A program made the position numbers and the translations under genes. From the NCBI GenBank assembly GCA_965215195.1, contig CBDCDC010000001.1, forward strand, positions 992,001-1,056,000: a stretch of DNA of 64,000 nucleotides, read 5' to 3'. This document shows positions 28,557 to 37,346 of the stretch, one piece after another (position 1 is the first letter of the stretch; every line of letters begins with the position of its first letter). Below the pieces are notes generated by a model. That model had not been told where the DNA came from, did no database searches, and was given only the letters and a program-made list of their open reading frames with translations. The stretch comes from Candidatus Latescibacterota bacterium. Its GTDB lineage: Bacteria > Latescibacterota > UBA2968 > UBA8231.

Positions 28557-30488
28557 ATGAAGCACGTAGCGGTATGGTTTGGATTGTGGCTGTTCATTAG
28601 CGGTCCTCTCGACGCACTGACGATCTACCGGCTCGGGGGCAGCGATTTGCCGATCCCGGAGTTAGCGGCGATTGAGGGGGTAGAGTTCGTGCAGCTAGCG
28701 TGGGCTGACATTGACGAAGATCGGCACGGCCAGACCAACCTAATCGAAGTAGCCCCCAACTACATCGCGCCGCGTCAACTTGACCCGGCGGTCAACCTGA
28801 CGCCGCTTTTGCCCCAGCCTGACTTCCTCGGCGATATTCTCTACCTGACTTGGATCGGCTGGGGTGGTCCCGATGTCGATGACTGGTTTATTTGGGACGA
28901 GGATCCCAATACGGCCTATCTGGGCGATGGCCACTTCGCCCAGCATGGCCCCAGACACAAAAGTCTAATTTTCGACCTCGGCGGTCTGTTTTTTCTCGAG
29001 CGAATCAAGTTCTACCCCCGTGAAAGACACCTCCACGACCGCTTTGTGGAAAGCTTCACTATCGGCACCAGCGACGGCGATCCGCTCAAAGATCCCTATC
29101 GAGAATTGCAGGCCGGCGTGGGGGGGTTCGGCAGGGGGTCTGTCTTCGCCTTTGACGTGCTCTACGATATCAGGGAAAATACCGATCCCATCATTGAGCT
29201 AGAACTGCCCGCGGAACCCGTGCAGAAGGTGCTCTTCCGGGCACCGGAGAACACGCGGGGCATATGGGAGTTGGCCGAACTCGAACTCTACGGCGCTGGT
29301 TTTGCCCCCTTTGCCGGCTATCGGAGCAATGTCATTGATATGGGCCGGGCGGTGTCTCTGGGCGAACTGAACTGGTCGGGTGCGGTTGAGCCGGGTGCCC
29401 GCGTCGCCTTAACTACGCGCAGCGGCGACACGCCTACGCCCAATATCTACTGGCGCTTTACTTTTCGCGGCGATGAGCAGAGCCGCTTCGACACTCAGGG
29501 TCGGGCATTGACGCACAAAGCCTATAACAAGCTCAACAAGGGCGAGCGGGCCGGGATCACGCCCGATACCCAGCACTGGGAAGCTTGGAGCCAAGCATAC
29601 GATTTTGCGACTAGCGCGGGGGCGATGCAGGCGGACCAGCCCCGGCGCTACGTGCAACTGCGTGCCGATTTTGAATCGCTCAAGGAGGCGGGTGGGCGGC
29701 TGGACTATGTACAGTTCGGCGTTTCGGACCCGCCGGTGGCCACCCAAGCGCTGGCTGAGATCGCCCCGGCGCTGGTTAAAGCGGGTGAGGTATCTTCCTT
29801 TACCTATGCGATATTGCCCCGGTTTGAAGAGGACGATCTGGGGTTTGACACCATTGAGATTGAGACGCCTGTGCAGGTGACGAATGTTGACGCAGCGCGC
29901 ATTAGCGGGATGGAGGTCGGCTTTGACGTCCTGCGCTCGGACGCAAAGGGCTTTGCGTTGCGCATCCCGCGCATGGATTTGCAGCGCACCGAAGAGCTGG
30001 TTGAGGTGGACTTTCAGGTAAAAGTGTTCAAGTTCGGCACGATGTTCGCCGGCCGAGTGTCGGATAGCGAAAGACCCTTTGAAGTGCGGCAGAGGCTCAC
30101 TGCGGGCGATGCCGACCCATTGGTCGAGAGCAATGCGCTGAGCGTGGGTTTGGTTGAGTTGCAACGCAAGGCGGCCAACGCGCTTGAGCTAGCCTCGCCA
30201 GTGTTCACGCCCAATGGCGACGGAGTCAACGACGAATTGCAGATAGAATATGAACTGTTGAATCTCTTGGGAGCGGTGCCAATCGCGCTGGATCTGTACG
30301 ATTTGTCGGGCCATCGTTTGGGGGAAGTGTATCGCGGCGCGGCGCAGAGCGGCCGATTTCACTTGGAGTGGGGTGGGGTGTTAGCGAGTGGGGAGCGGGT
30401 AGTGCCGGGGTGCTACCTACTGCGCCTAAAGGTGACCAGCGACCAAGGCGGAGAAATCCTCCAGCGCGTCATCGCACTGGCTTATTAG
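28557..30488 (+). CDS. Secreted discoidin-like protein with FlgD/CHU_C-type CTD (subtype A, copy 4)
   Basis: AAGGA RBS, ATG 28557 (MKHVAVWF); LTIYRLG; N-half very similar to 19396; ends RVIALAY. Confidence 0.8.
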   Translation: MKHVAVWFGLWLFISGPLDALTIYRLGGSDLPIPELAAIEGVEFVQLAWADIDEDRHGQTNLIEVAPNYIAPRQLDPAVNLTPLLPQPDFLGDILYLTWIGWGGPDVDDWFIWDEDPNTAYLGDGHFAQHGPRHKSLIFDLGGLFFLERIKFYPRERHLHDRFVESFTIGTSDGDPLKDPYRELQAGVGGFGRGSVFAFDVLYDIRENTDPIIELELPAEPVQKVLFRAPENTRGIWELAELELYGAGFAPFAGYRSNVIDMGRAVSLGELNWSGAVEPGARVALTTRSGDTPTPNIYWRFTFRGDEQSRFDTQGRALTHKAYNKLNKGERAGITPDTQHWEAWSQAYDFATSAGAMQADQPRRYVQLRADFESLKEAGGRLDYVQFGVSDPPVATQALAEIAPALVKAGEVSSFTYAILPRFEEDDLGFDTIEIETPVQVTNVDAARISGMEVGFDVLRSDAKGFALRIPRMDLQRTEELVEVDFQVKVFKFGTMFAGRVSDSERPFEVRQRLTAGDADPLVESNALSVGLVELQRKAANALELASPVFTPNGDGVNDELQIEYELLNLLGAVPIALDLYDLSGHRLGEVYRGAAQSGRFHLEWGGVLASGERVVPGCYLLRLKVTSDQGGEILQRVIALAY

Positions 30489-30501
30489 AGGGCGAGATAC
30501 G

Positions 30502-33105
30502 ATGAAGACCATTTGGACTTTTGCCTGCGCCTTGCTGCTGGGCACGATGTGCGCCGAGGCTCAGGGAGTGGGTCATCGCGTCACCGCTGACCAAGTCGTA
30601 GTCAATAGTCAGCAGCACTGGCAGAACTGGTCCTTCGGGTCGGGCACTCTAGACATCGGACCCAGCGGCGAAGTCCGGCCACGGCGGCTGCACAAGAATA
30701 TCAATGCCGTGGAGAATGCCCTCGAATTCCTGCGCCTGAATCCTCCCAATTACATTAAAAAAGATGCGGCAGATATCGAACTCAGCGACGGAATCCGCGC
30801 CGGCTCCAATGCTCCGGGCGTACTGGCCCTCTTTGACGGCGATATGGAGACCTATTGGGAACCCGACGTACTCAACCGAGGTATCGACTTGGCGACGCAG
30901 TGGTGGTTTATCGTCGATCTGGGCCGCTTCGTCATGGCCCGCAAGATCGTGCTCAAATTTGTCGATGAAGCACTGGGCGACCCCTTCCTGCAGTTTGATG
31001 TACTAGTCTCGGAAGGCCGCCAGCCCAAAGGCAACAGCCGTTCGCAAACGCCTGAATTTAGCCGGGTGGCGCGCACCTTGGTGCCCAACAAGCAACAGCG
31101 GCTCTTTGAGATCGAACTGGAATCCGCAGAAGAGTTTGCGGGCATGGGCCTGCGCTTCGTTCAGGTGATCGTGACCGGCAGCGACTTTGCCCAAGGTCGG
31201 GAGATCAGCCGCGACGAGTACGAGGCCCTGCCAGAAGCAGACCGGGGAGCGATTCTCTACCACAAGCGGCTGCCAAACGGCAATGAGGCCGCGGTCAAAA
31301 AGGAGGTCTATGACCAACTCGAAGCATCGCGGCAAGGCCCCGTGCGCTATTTCGTGCGCGAAAGGCCGCGCCTAGCCGAACTGGAAGTGTGGGCCGAGGG
31401 CGACGAAATCCTGATAAATACGGTTGAGCGCGGGGGCGTAGTCACCTCGACCCAGTCCTTGGCGCTGGCGAGCCTGTTCGATGGCGATGTACTCAGTTTC
31501 AGCGAGGTGATTTTTATCTTCTCTCCTGGGCAATTAAAGGAACCAGAGGGCGAGGTGTTTTTCGATATGGGGGCCTCGTTCTGGATCGACGCTTTCCGCA
31601 TGGCCTTGGGAGCGCGCCAGCGAAATTTCGAGGGTTATAGACTGGATTTCTCCAATGGTGAGCGCGAGGCAGACGGTAGCCTCAAGTGGACTCCCGCGGC
31701 CGCGGTGAGTGGTGCGGAAGTCCTCGGTCGCAGCGTGATTGGCACCCGAAGCGTAATGGGCAACAACTTTAGCCCCCTAAGGGCACGTTTTTTTCGCTTC
31801 GTGTGGAATCAGATTGTGCGCGGGGTAGGCAATAGCGGTGCGGCCATTCTGGCCGATCCGTCCGAGTTGCAACTCTACGGGGAAGGGTTTATGTCGGAAG
31901 TAAGCCTGACTTCGGATCTGGTGCGGCTGGGCGGCAGACGCAACTTGGTCTCAATCGAATGGGACGCGGATGTGCCGCCGGGCACGAGTGTGCTGGTGCA
32001 GACGCGTACCGGCAACGAGCTAGCGGAGCATCTGCGCTATTTCAAAAAAGACGGCACCGAAGTGAGCAAAGATCAGTACGACAAGCTGCTCTCGATATTC
32101 AAGGGGGATATTGTCGCCGAGGAAGTAGTAGGTGGGGATTGGAGCGACTGGAGTCAGCCTAGCGAAGACCCTAGTGGCAGTCCGATTACTTCGCCGTCGC
32201 CGCGCGAGTTCCTAGAGATCCGGGCGACCCTACTATCGGACGATCCTTCAGTGAGCGCGACTTTGCGCTCGGTCTGGCTCAACTTCACTCATCCCGTGGT
32301 GCAGAGCTTGGTGGGAGAGTTGGAACCGACGATGGTAGAGACGCTGGGGAAAGAGCAGGACTTTTCGCTCTTCGTGCGGCCGAACTTCGACCTCCGCGAT
32401 CCCGGCTTCAACGAGTTCCTGCTGGTGGTACCAGCGGATATGACGCTTGAGTTCAACGGTCTATATGCCGGTGCAGACGAGGGGCTGGCTGGCCGCGATA
32501 TGGACGGAGTAGCGGTGGCCGATGTCGAGGTTGTAGCGACGGGCGGCGATAGCCTGCGATTGGCCTTTCCGCTGATCGGCCCAGAGTCGGGGGTGGAGCT
32601 GTTGCGACTGGATTTCACCACGGCGCTTTTTTCGGCCGGAGCAGTGCTGAAGGCGTCGCTGCAGAATAGCACCTCGGAGGAATGGGATTGGCAGCGGGCG
32701 GACCCAGGTGACGCAGTAGAGGCAGTACTCAGCAACACCATGACCTTGAGGGGCGCAATGCAGAGCCGATCACTGCTAGGGGACGTGGTGATGCCAGAGA
32801 TCTTTACCCCAAACGGGGATGGGGTCAACGACCAAGCGTCGTTCCACTTTAAGGTAATCAAGGTAGGCGACGATAGTCCGGTAGAGGTGCTGATCTACGA
32901 TTTGAGCGGTCGACTAGTGAGGCAGTTGGTTGAGCAGCGCGGGGTGAGTACGGGGGTGTACGGAATTGTGTGGGATGGTCGGGGTGAGTCGGGTGCGGTG
33001 GTCGCACCGGGAGTATATGTGGTGCGCCTGCGGGTGGATACCGACACCCAAGGGGTACGCATCGGGGCTGGGGAGGTCTTGCATACTATTGCTATCGCCT
33101 ACTGA
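30502..33105 (+). CDS. Secreted protein with two discoidin-like domains and FlgD/CHU_C-type CTD (subtype B, copy 3)
   Basis: QVVVNSQQHWQNWSF; FDGDMETYWEP; IFTPNGDGVND...AIAY. Confidence 0.8.
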   Translation: MKTIWTFACALLLGTMCAEAQGVGHRVTADQVVVNSQQHWQNWSFGSGTLDIGPSGEVRPRRLHKNINAVENALEFLRLNPPNYIKKDAADIELSDGIRAGSNAPGVLALFDGDMETYWEPDVLNRGIDLATQWWFIVDLGRFVMARKIVLKFVDEALGDPFLQFDVLVSEGRQPKGNSRSQTPEFSRVARTLVPNKQQRLFEIELESAEEFAGMGLRFVQVIVTGSDFAQGREISRDEYEALPEADRGAILYHKRLPNGNEAAVKKEVYDQLEASRQGPVRYFVRERPRLAELEVWAEGDEILINTVERGGVVTSTQSLALASLFDGDVLSFSEVIFIFSPGQLKEPEGEVFFDMGASFWIDAFRMALGARQRNFEGYRLDFSNGEREADGSLKWTPAAAVSGAEVLGRSVIGTRSVMGNNFSPLRARFFRFVWNQIVRGVGNSGAAILADPSELQLYGEGFMSEVSLTSDLVRLGGRRNLVSIEWDADVPPGTSVLVQTRTGNELAEHLRYFKKDGTEVSKDQYDKLLSIFKGDIVAEEVVGGDWSDWSQPSEDPSGSPITSPSPREFLEIRATLLSDDPSVSATLRSVWLNFTHPVVQSLVGELEPTMVETLGKEQDFSLFVRPNFDLRDPGFNEFLLVVPADMTLEFNGLYAGADEGLAGRDMDGVAVADVEVVATGGDSLRLAFPLIGPESGVELLRLDFTTALFSAGAVLKASLQNSTSEEWDWQRADPGDAVEAVLSNTMTLRGAMQSRSLLGDVVMPEIFTPNGDGVNDQASFHFKVIKVGDDSPVEVLIYDLSGRLVRQLVEQRGVSTGVYGIVWDGRGESGAVVAPGVYVVRLRVDTDTQGVRIGAGEVLHTIAIAY

Positions 33106-33107
33106 CG

Positions 33108-34694
33108 ATGGGAAGCATGGCTTTGACGCGGATGATCTGCCTGATCCTTGTGCTGTGCGGCTGCCAAGGGTCGGACATAGCCCCCGCACGGCCACCTGCT
33201 GTCATCGATCCTGCGCTGATCCGCACCCTGCACTTCCAGCCCCCCGATTCCACCGACAGCGAAGGACGTCGTCTGGCCAAGTTGTACTGCCAGAGTTGTC
33301 ACGTCTTCGCCGAGCCTGATCTGCTGGACCAGACGACGCTGCGCGAATGGGTACTGCCGACATTGGCCAAAATTTTGGGGCTACCGTCGGAGTTGGCTGG
33401 ATTGCCGCCTAAGAAGCAAGAGCGGGGGAGAGAAATTCTAAGCCTCTATCCCGAGGAGCCGTTGATACCGGTAGCGGCTTGGGGGCCAATTGTCGAATAC
33501 TACTTGCAGGCTGCGCCTGAGCGACTCTTGCCCCAAAGTGCGCGGACGCCAATCAGCCGCGACTTGGCGCAATTTGACGTCTTGACACCAGAGTATCGCG
33601 TCGAAAGCCCCTTTACGACGCTCGTGGCGATTAATGAGGGACGGATTTACGCAGGGGACTCGCACGAGCGCTCGGTGTCTATCCTCGATGGTCAAGGGCA
33701 GCTCGTGCAGAAGCTGAGGCTCAACCTGACCCCGACTGATATCGACTGGCGCGAAGGGACTATCTGGGTTACCTCAATCGGCTCGCCGTTCCCTTCGGAT
33801 GATCCACAGGGCCAGTTGATGGCAGTAGCCAAGGAAGGCGATACCTTTCTGGCGGTCGGCAAACGGGTGCTGAGAGACCTGTCGCGACCGGTTGTTACTT
33901 CGTTTGCCGATCTGGATGGCGATGGGGCGGAGGAGATCGTCGTCTCCGAGTTCGGCAATCGGCTAGGGCATCTGTCCTATTTTATTGCGAGGGAAGACGG
34001 GGGCTACGAGGAGCGCTTGCTCAACAAGTACCCCGGGGCCATCAGCCACTACGTGCGCGACTTCAACAACGATAGCCGCCCGGACATCGTCGTCTTGATG
34101 GGCCAAGCGCGCGAGGGGGTGTTTATTTACTACAATCGCGGCGACGGCACCTTTGAGGAGTCCTACGTAGTGCAGTGGCCGCCTTCCTACGGGGCTGCAC
34201 ATCTGAGTCTGGTGGATTTCGACGAGGATGGCGACCTCGATCTACTCACTGCCAACGGCGACAACGCCGACTACGCGCTGCTACTCAAACCGTACCACGG
34301 GGTCCGGCTCTATCTCAACGATGGCCACAATCGCTTCGCAGAGGCCTATTTCTTTTCCCTCAACGGTGCCTATAAGGCGCAGGCCGCTGACTTCGATGGC
34401 GATGGCGATCTCGATATAGCCGCAATTGGCTTTTTCGCCGATTACGCCGATGCGCCCGAAGAAGCCTTCGTGTACTTGCGCAACGAGGGCGGAATGCAGT
34501 TTGTGCCCTCGACATTTGACGAGGTGCTAGCGGGCCGCTGGTTGACGATGGATGTGGGCGACGTTGACCTCGATGGCGACGAGGATATCGTTCTCGGCTC
34601 CTTTGCCATGGGCTGGTCTAATGTGTCGGCCGAGCTAGAAGCGAGTTGGCGGCGGGGACCGTCGATATTGATTCTCAAAAATCGACGCTATTAA
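33108..34694 (+). CDS. Monoheme cytochrome c / FG-GAP (VCBS) repeat lipoprotein
   Basis: Lipobox LCGC; CxxCH (YCQSCH); repeats DLDGDG, DFNND, DFDEDGDLD, DFDGDGDLD, DVDLDGDED. Confidence 0.8.
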   Translation: MGSMALTRMICLILVLCGCQGSDIAPARPPAVIDPALIRTLHFQPPDSTDSEGRRLAKLYCQSCHVFAEPDLLDQTTLREWVLPTLAKILGLPSELAGLPPKKQERGREILSLYPEEPLIPVAAWGPIVEYYLQAAPERLLPQSARTPISRDLAQFDVLTPEYRVESPFTTLVAINEGRIYAGDSHERSVSILDGQGQLVQKLRLNLTPTDIDWREGTIWVTSIGSPFPSDDPQGQLMAVAKEGDTFLAVGKRVLRDLSRPVVTSFADLDGDGAEEIVVSEFGNRLGHLSYFIAREDGGYEERLLNKYPGAISHYVRDFNNDSRPDIVVLMGQAREGVFIYYNRGDGTFEESYVVQWPPSYGAAHLSLVDFDEDGDLDLLTANGDNADYALLLKPYHGVRLYLNDGHNRFAEAYFFSLNGAYKAQAADFDGDGDLDIAAIGFFADYADAPEEAFVYLRNEGGMQFVPSTFDEVLAGRWLTMDVGDVDLDGDEDIVLGSFAMGWSNVSAELEASWRRGPSILILKNRRY

Positions 34695-35491
34695 TCGGCT
34701 GAAACCTCGCGAACGATGCGGACGCCTACATCCGGGCTGCGGGCGTCGGGCGGGCTGAAAAAGCGCGAGGCCGAGCGTCCGCCCAGCCCCAAGGTGCCGA
34801 AGGAGCCGCCGCGACCGACGCGGCGCTCGCCCACGGCCGGACCTTGGGGATCGATTTGTTTCTCCGCACCGTATGGCTCCTCCCAGTTGGCGACCCATTC
34901 CCAGACATTGCCGTGCATATCGTAGAGTCCCCAAGCGTTGGGTGCCTTCTGGCCGACGGCATGGGGATATTTCTCGCCGACTGCCCAAGAGTTGCCGCTG
35001 ATCCAAGCATAGTCGGCCAGTACCTGCTCGTCGTCGCCTGAGGACCAGCGCGTGGTGGTACCGGCGCGGCAGGCGTATTCCCATTCGGCTTCGGTGGGAA
35101 AGCGGTAGAGCGCTTTGCCGGCCTTTTTATTTAGCCGCTGGATGAAATGTTCGGCTTCGATCCACGAGATGTAGGTGGCTGGGTATTGCGCTCCTTCTTT
35201 GGCGTACTGGCGTCGCCGCCACGGTTGGGTACCGACGACAGCTCGCCACTGGGCCTGAGTCAGCTCGTACTTGGCGAGGTAAAATCCACGCGAGATCTCG
35301 ACTTGGTGCTGGGGTGCCTCGCTGTCGTCAAGCGGCCCCTTCTCGCCCGGGGCCGCACCCATGGCAAAGGTGCCGGGCGGGATGTAGGCGAACTCCATCA
35401 CTACGGCATCGCCTAGTTCGACCGTCAGCGACTCGGGACCGCGACTGCAGGCGGGCAAGGCCAAGGAAAGGATGAGCAAGGCACGGCACAT
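34691..35491 (-). CDS. FGE-sulfatase (SUMF1-like) domain lipoprotein
   Basis: IPPGTFAMG, KYELTQAQW, RFPTEAEWEYACRAG, PNAWGLYDMHGNVWEW, RGGSF motifs; lipobox LPAC. Confidence 0.9.
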   Translation of the reverse strand: MCRALLILSLALPACSRGPESLTVELGDAVVMEFAYIPPGTFAMGAAPGEKGPLDDSEAPQHQVEISRGFYLAKYELTQAQWRAVVGTQPWRRRQYAKEGAQYPATYISWIEAEHFIQRLNKKAGKALYRFPTEAEWEYACRAGTTTRWSSGDDEQVLADYAWISGNSWAVGEKYPHAVGQKAPNAWGLYDMHGNVWEWVANWEEPYGAEKQIDPQGPAVGERRVGRGGSFGTLGLGGRSASRFFSPPDARSPDVGVRIVREVSAD

Positions 35492-35533
35492 CGTAGATTA
35501 AAAATAAATTGGCGGAAAAATTCCTAGCAAGGG

Positions 35534-37219
35534 TCAGGGAAAAAGGCCCTGCCCTTCGCGCACCGTGAGGATGCGGTCCGCTTGGATTTCGGCGAAGCGG
35601 TCAATCTGACCGCTGGGCCAATGCACTTCGAGTCGTCGCACCATACTTTCCGCGCCCAAGCCAAAGTGGGCGCGGATATCGTCTTGACCCAGAAAGCTGC
35701 TGCCGGCGCGGATTTCGCGTATCTGAGTACCGACGCTGGTTTCGACGACGACGACGGTGCCGATCCCGTCGCGGTTGCTTTCTACGCCTTGGACGCGGAC
35801 GATAAGCCAATGGTTGCTGGTCGGTGAATCGTTGCGCAAAAGCGAGGGCGTTGAGTCGAGGTTATGGACGGCAATGTCGATATCGCCGTCGTTGTCAAAG
35901 TCGGCCAAGACCGCGCCGCGGCTCAATTCTTCAATGGCAAAACCCGGCCCGGCCACTGCGGTGGCCTCCTCGAAGCGCCCGTCGCCCTTGCTGAGAAAGA
36001 GTTGGTTTTTTTGCCTGTAGGAGGCCCCGCGCTCAAGTTGCTCAACTTGGGGATAGACGTGGCCATTGGCCACGAATAGGTCTTGCCAGCCATCGTTGTC
36101 AAAGTCGGCAAAGCCCGTGCCCCAACCGACGAAGGGCCAGGTGGGATAGATGAGCCCGGCGGTGGCAGTGGCATCCTTGAAGAAGCCGCGGCCATCGTTC
36201 TGGTAGAGGGTGTTGTAGTCGAGAGCGAAGTTGGTGACGTAGAGGTCGAAATCGCCGTCGTTGTCGTAATCGGCCGACGCCGCGCCCATACATGCTTGGG
36301 CATCGCCGCTTTCGAGCAAGGCCACGGCTGCCTCCAACGCTTTCTCCGCGAAGGTGCCATTGCCCTGATTGCGGTAGAACATATTGGGACCTGCGTCGTT
36401 GGCGACGAAGATATCTTGGTCGCCGTCGCGGTCGAAGTCGCTAAAGAGCGGGGTAAAGCCATAGCGCTTATAGTGATCGGTGACGCCGACTGCTTGGGTA
36501 ACATCGGTGAAGATGCCGTCGCCTTCGTTGCGATAGAGCGCATCGGCCGCGCCGACTAGGCCGCGGGGGCCATACATGACGTTCAGGCCGCGCCACATTC
36601 CCGCGTCGGCCCCCTTGGGAATGGCGTTGACATCAAAGTCGATATAGTTCGCCACGTAGAGGTCAAGGTCGCCATCGTTATCGTAGTCGCTCCACGCGGC
36701 ACCAGTACTCCAGCGAGCATCGTCGATGCCGGCCAACGAGGCATGGTCGGTGAAGGTGCCGTTGCCGGCGTTCCGGTAGAAGCGGTTGGGGCCGTAGTTG
36801 GCGACATAGAGGTCCGGGGCGCCGTCGTTGTCGTAGTCGGCGGCTACTGCGCCCATACCCCAGCGCATGTCATTGACGCCAGTGGCGGCGGCGACGTCTT
36901 GGAACGTCGCATCACCTACATTTTGGTAGAGGGCGTTGCGGGGGGCGGTCTCGGGCGGGAAGCCTTCGAGGGTCGATCCGTTGACGATATAGAGGTCAAG
37001 GTCGCCGTCTTGGTCGTAGTCAAAGGCAGCGAGGCTGCCGCCCTTGGCCTCGACAATGTAGTGCTTGTCTGGGCTGCCGCAGATGTTGCGTAGGGTCAGA
37101 CCGGCTAGTTGAGCTACTTCCACGAAGTGAACGCGGGGCAGGCGCTGCTCTGCTGGAGCGCAGCCAACTAAAAGACAGGCGAGGCCAATGCGCCACGCCG
37201 AAAAGGGATGTTCGTACAA
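35534..37219 (-). CDS. CRTAC1-family lipoprotein (FG-GAP + ASPIC/UnbV)
   Basis: Lipobox LVGC; DYDxDGDxDLY repeats; NRDGIG...GSSFLGQDDIRAHFGLG...WPSG. Start uncertain (TTG 37219 or ATG 37267). Confidence 0.85.
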   Translation of the reverse strand: MYEHPFSAWRIGLACLLVGCAPAEQRLPRVHFVEVAQLAGLTLRNICGSPDKHYIVEAKGGSLAAFDYDQDGDLDLYIVNGSTLEGFPPETAPRNALYQNVGDATFQDVAAATGVNDMRWGMGAVAADYDNDGAPDLYVANYGPNRFYRNAGNGTFTDHASLAGIDDARWSTGAAWSDYDNDGDLDLYVANYIDFDVNAIPKGADAGMWRGLNVMYGPRGLVGAADALYRNEGDGIFTDVTQAVGVTDHYKRYGFTPLFSDFDRDGDQDIFVANDAGPNMFYRNQGNGTFAEKALEAAVALLESGDAQACMGAASADYDNDGDFDLYVTNFALDYNTLYQNDGRGFFKDATATAGLIYPTWPFVGWGTGFADFDNDGWQDLFVANGHVYPQVEQLERGASYRQKNQLFLSKGDGRFEEATAVAGPGFAIEELSRGAVLADFDNDGDIDIAVHNLDSTPSLLRNDSPTSNHWLIVRVQGVESNRDGIGTVVVVETSVGTQIREIRAGSSFLGQDDIRAHFGLGAESMVRRLEVHWPSGQIDRFAEIQADRILTVREGQGLFP

Positions 37220-37346
37220 CTTATTTGGTATCTTGTATCTTTGTGTCCTGTGCCCCAAAATACCCATATCCGCTGGAGGCCGCCAGTCAGTTGAGGGCGC
37301 GTCGGCCGGGAAAGGCGGACTAAGACGCGATAGAAAAGGGGACATT

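Noticed and set aside
17468-33105. DGR- or invertase-driven diversification of the array
   Set aside because: Differences include indels and all base types; all genes are co-directional and full-length; no recombinase or inverted repeats seen.
34691-34830. FGE-sulfatase C-terminus as a diversity-generating retroelement target
   Set aside because: No reverse transcriptase and no adenine-variant template repeat seen in the window.
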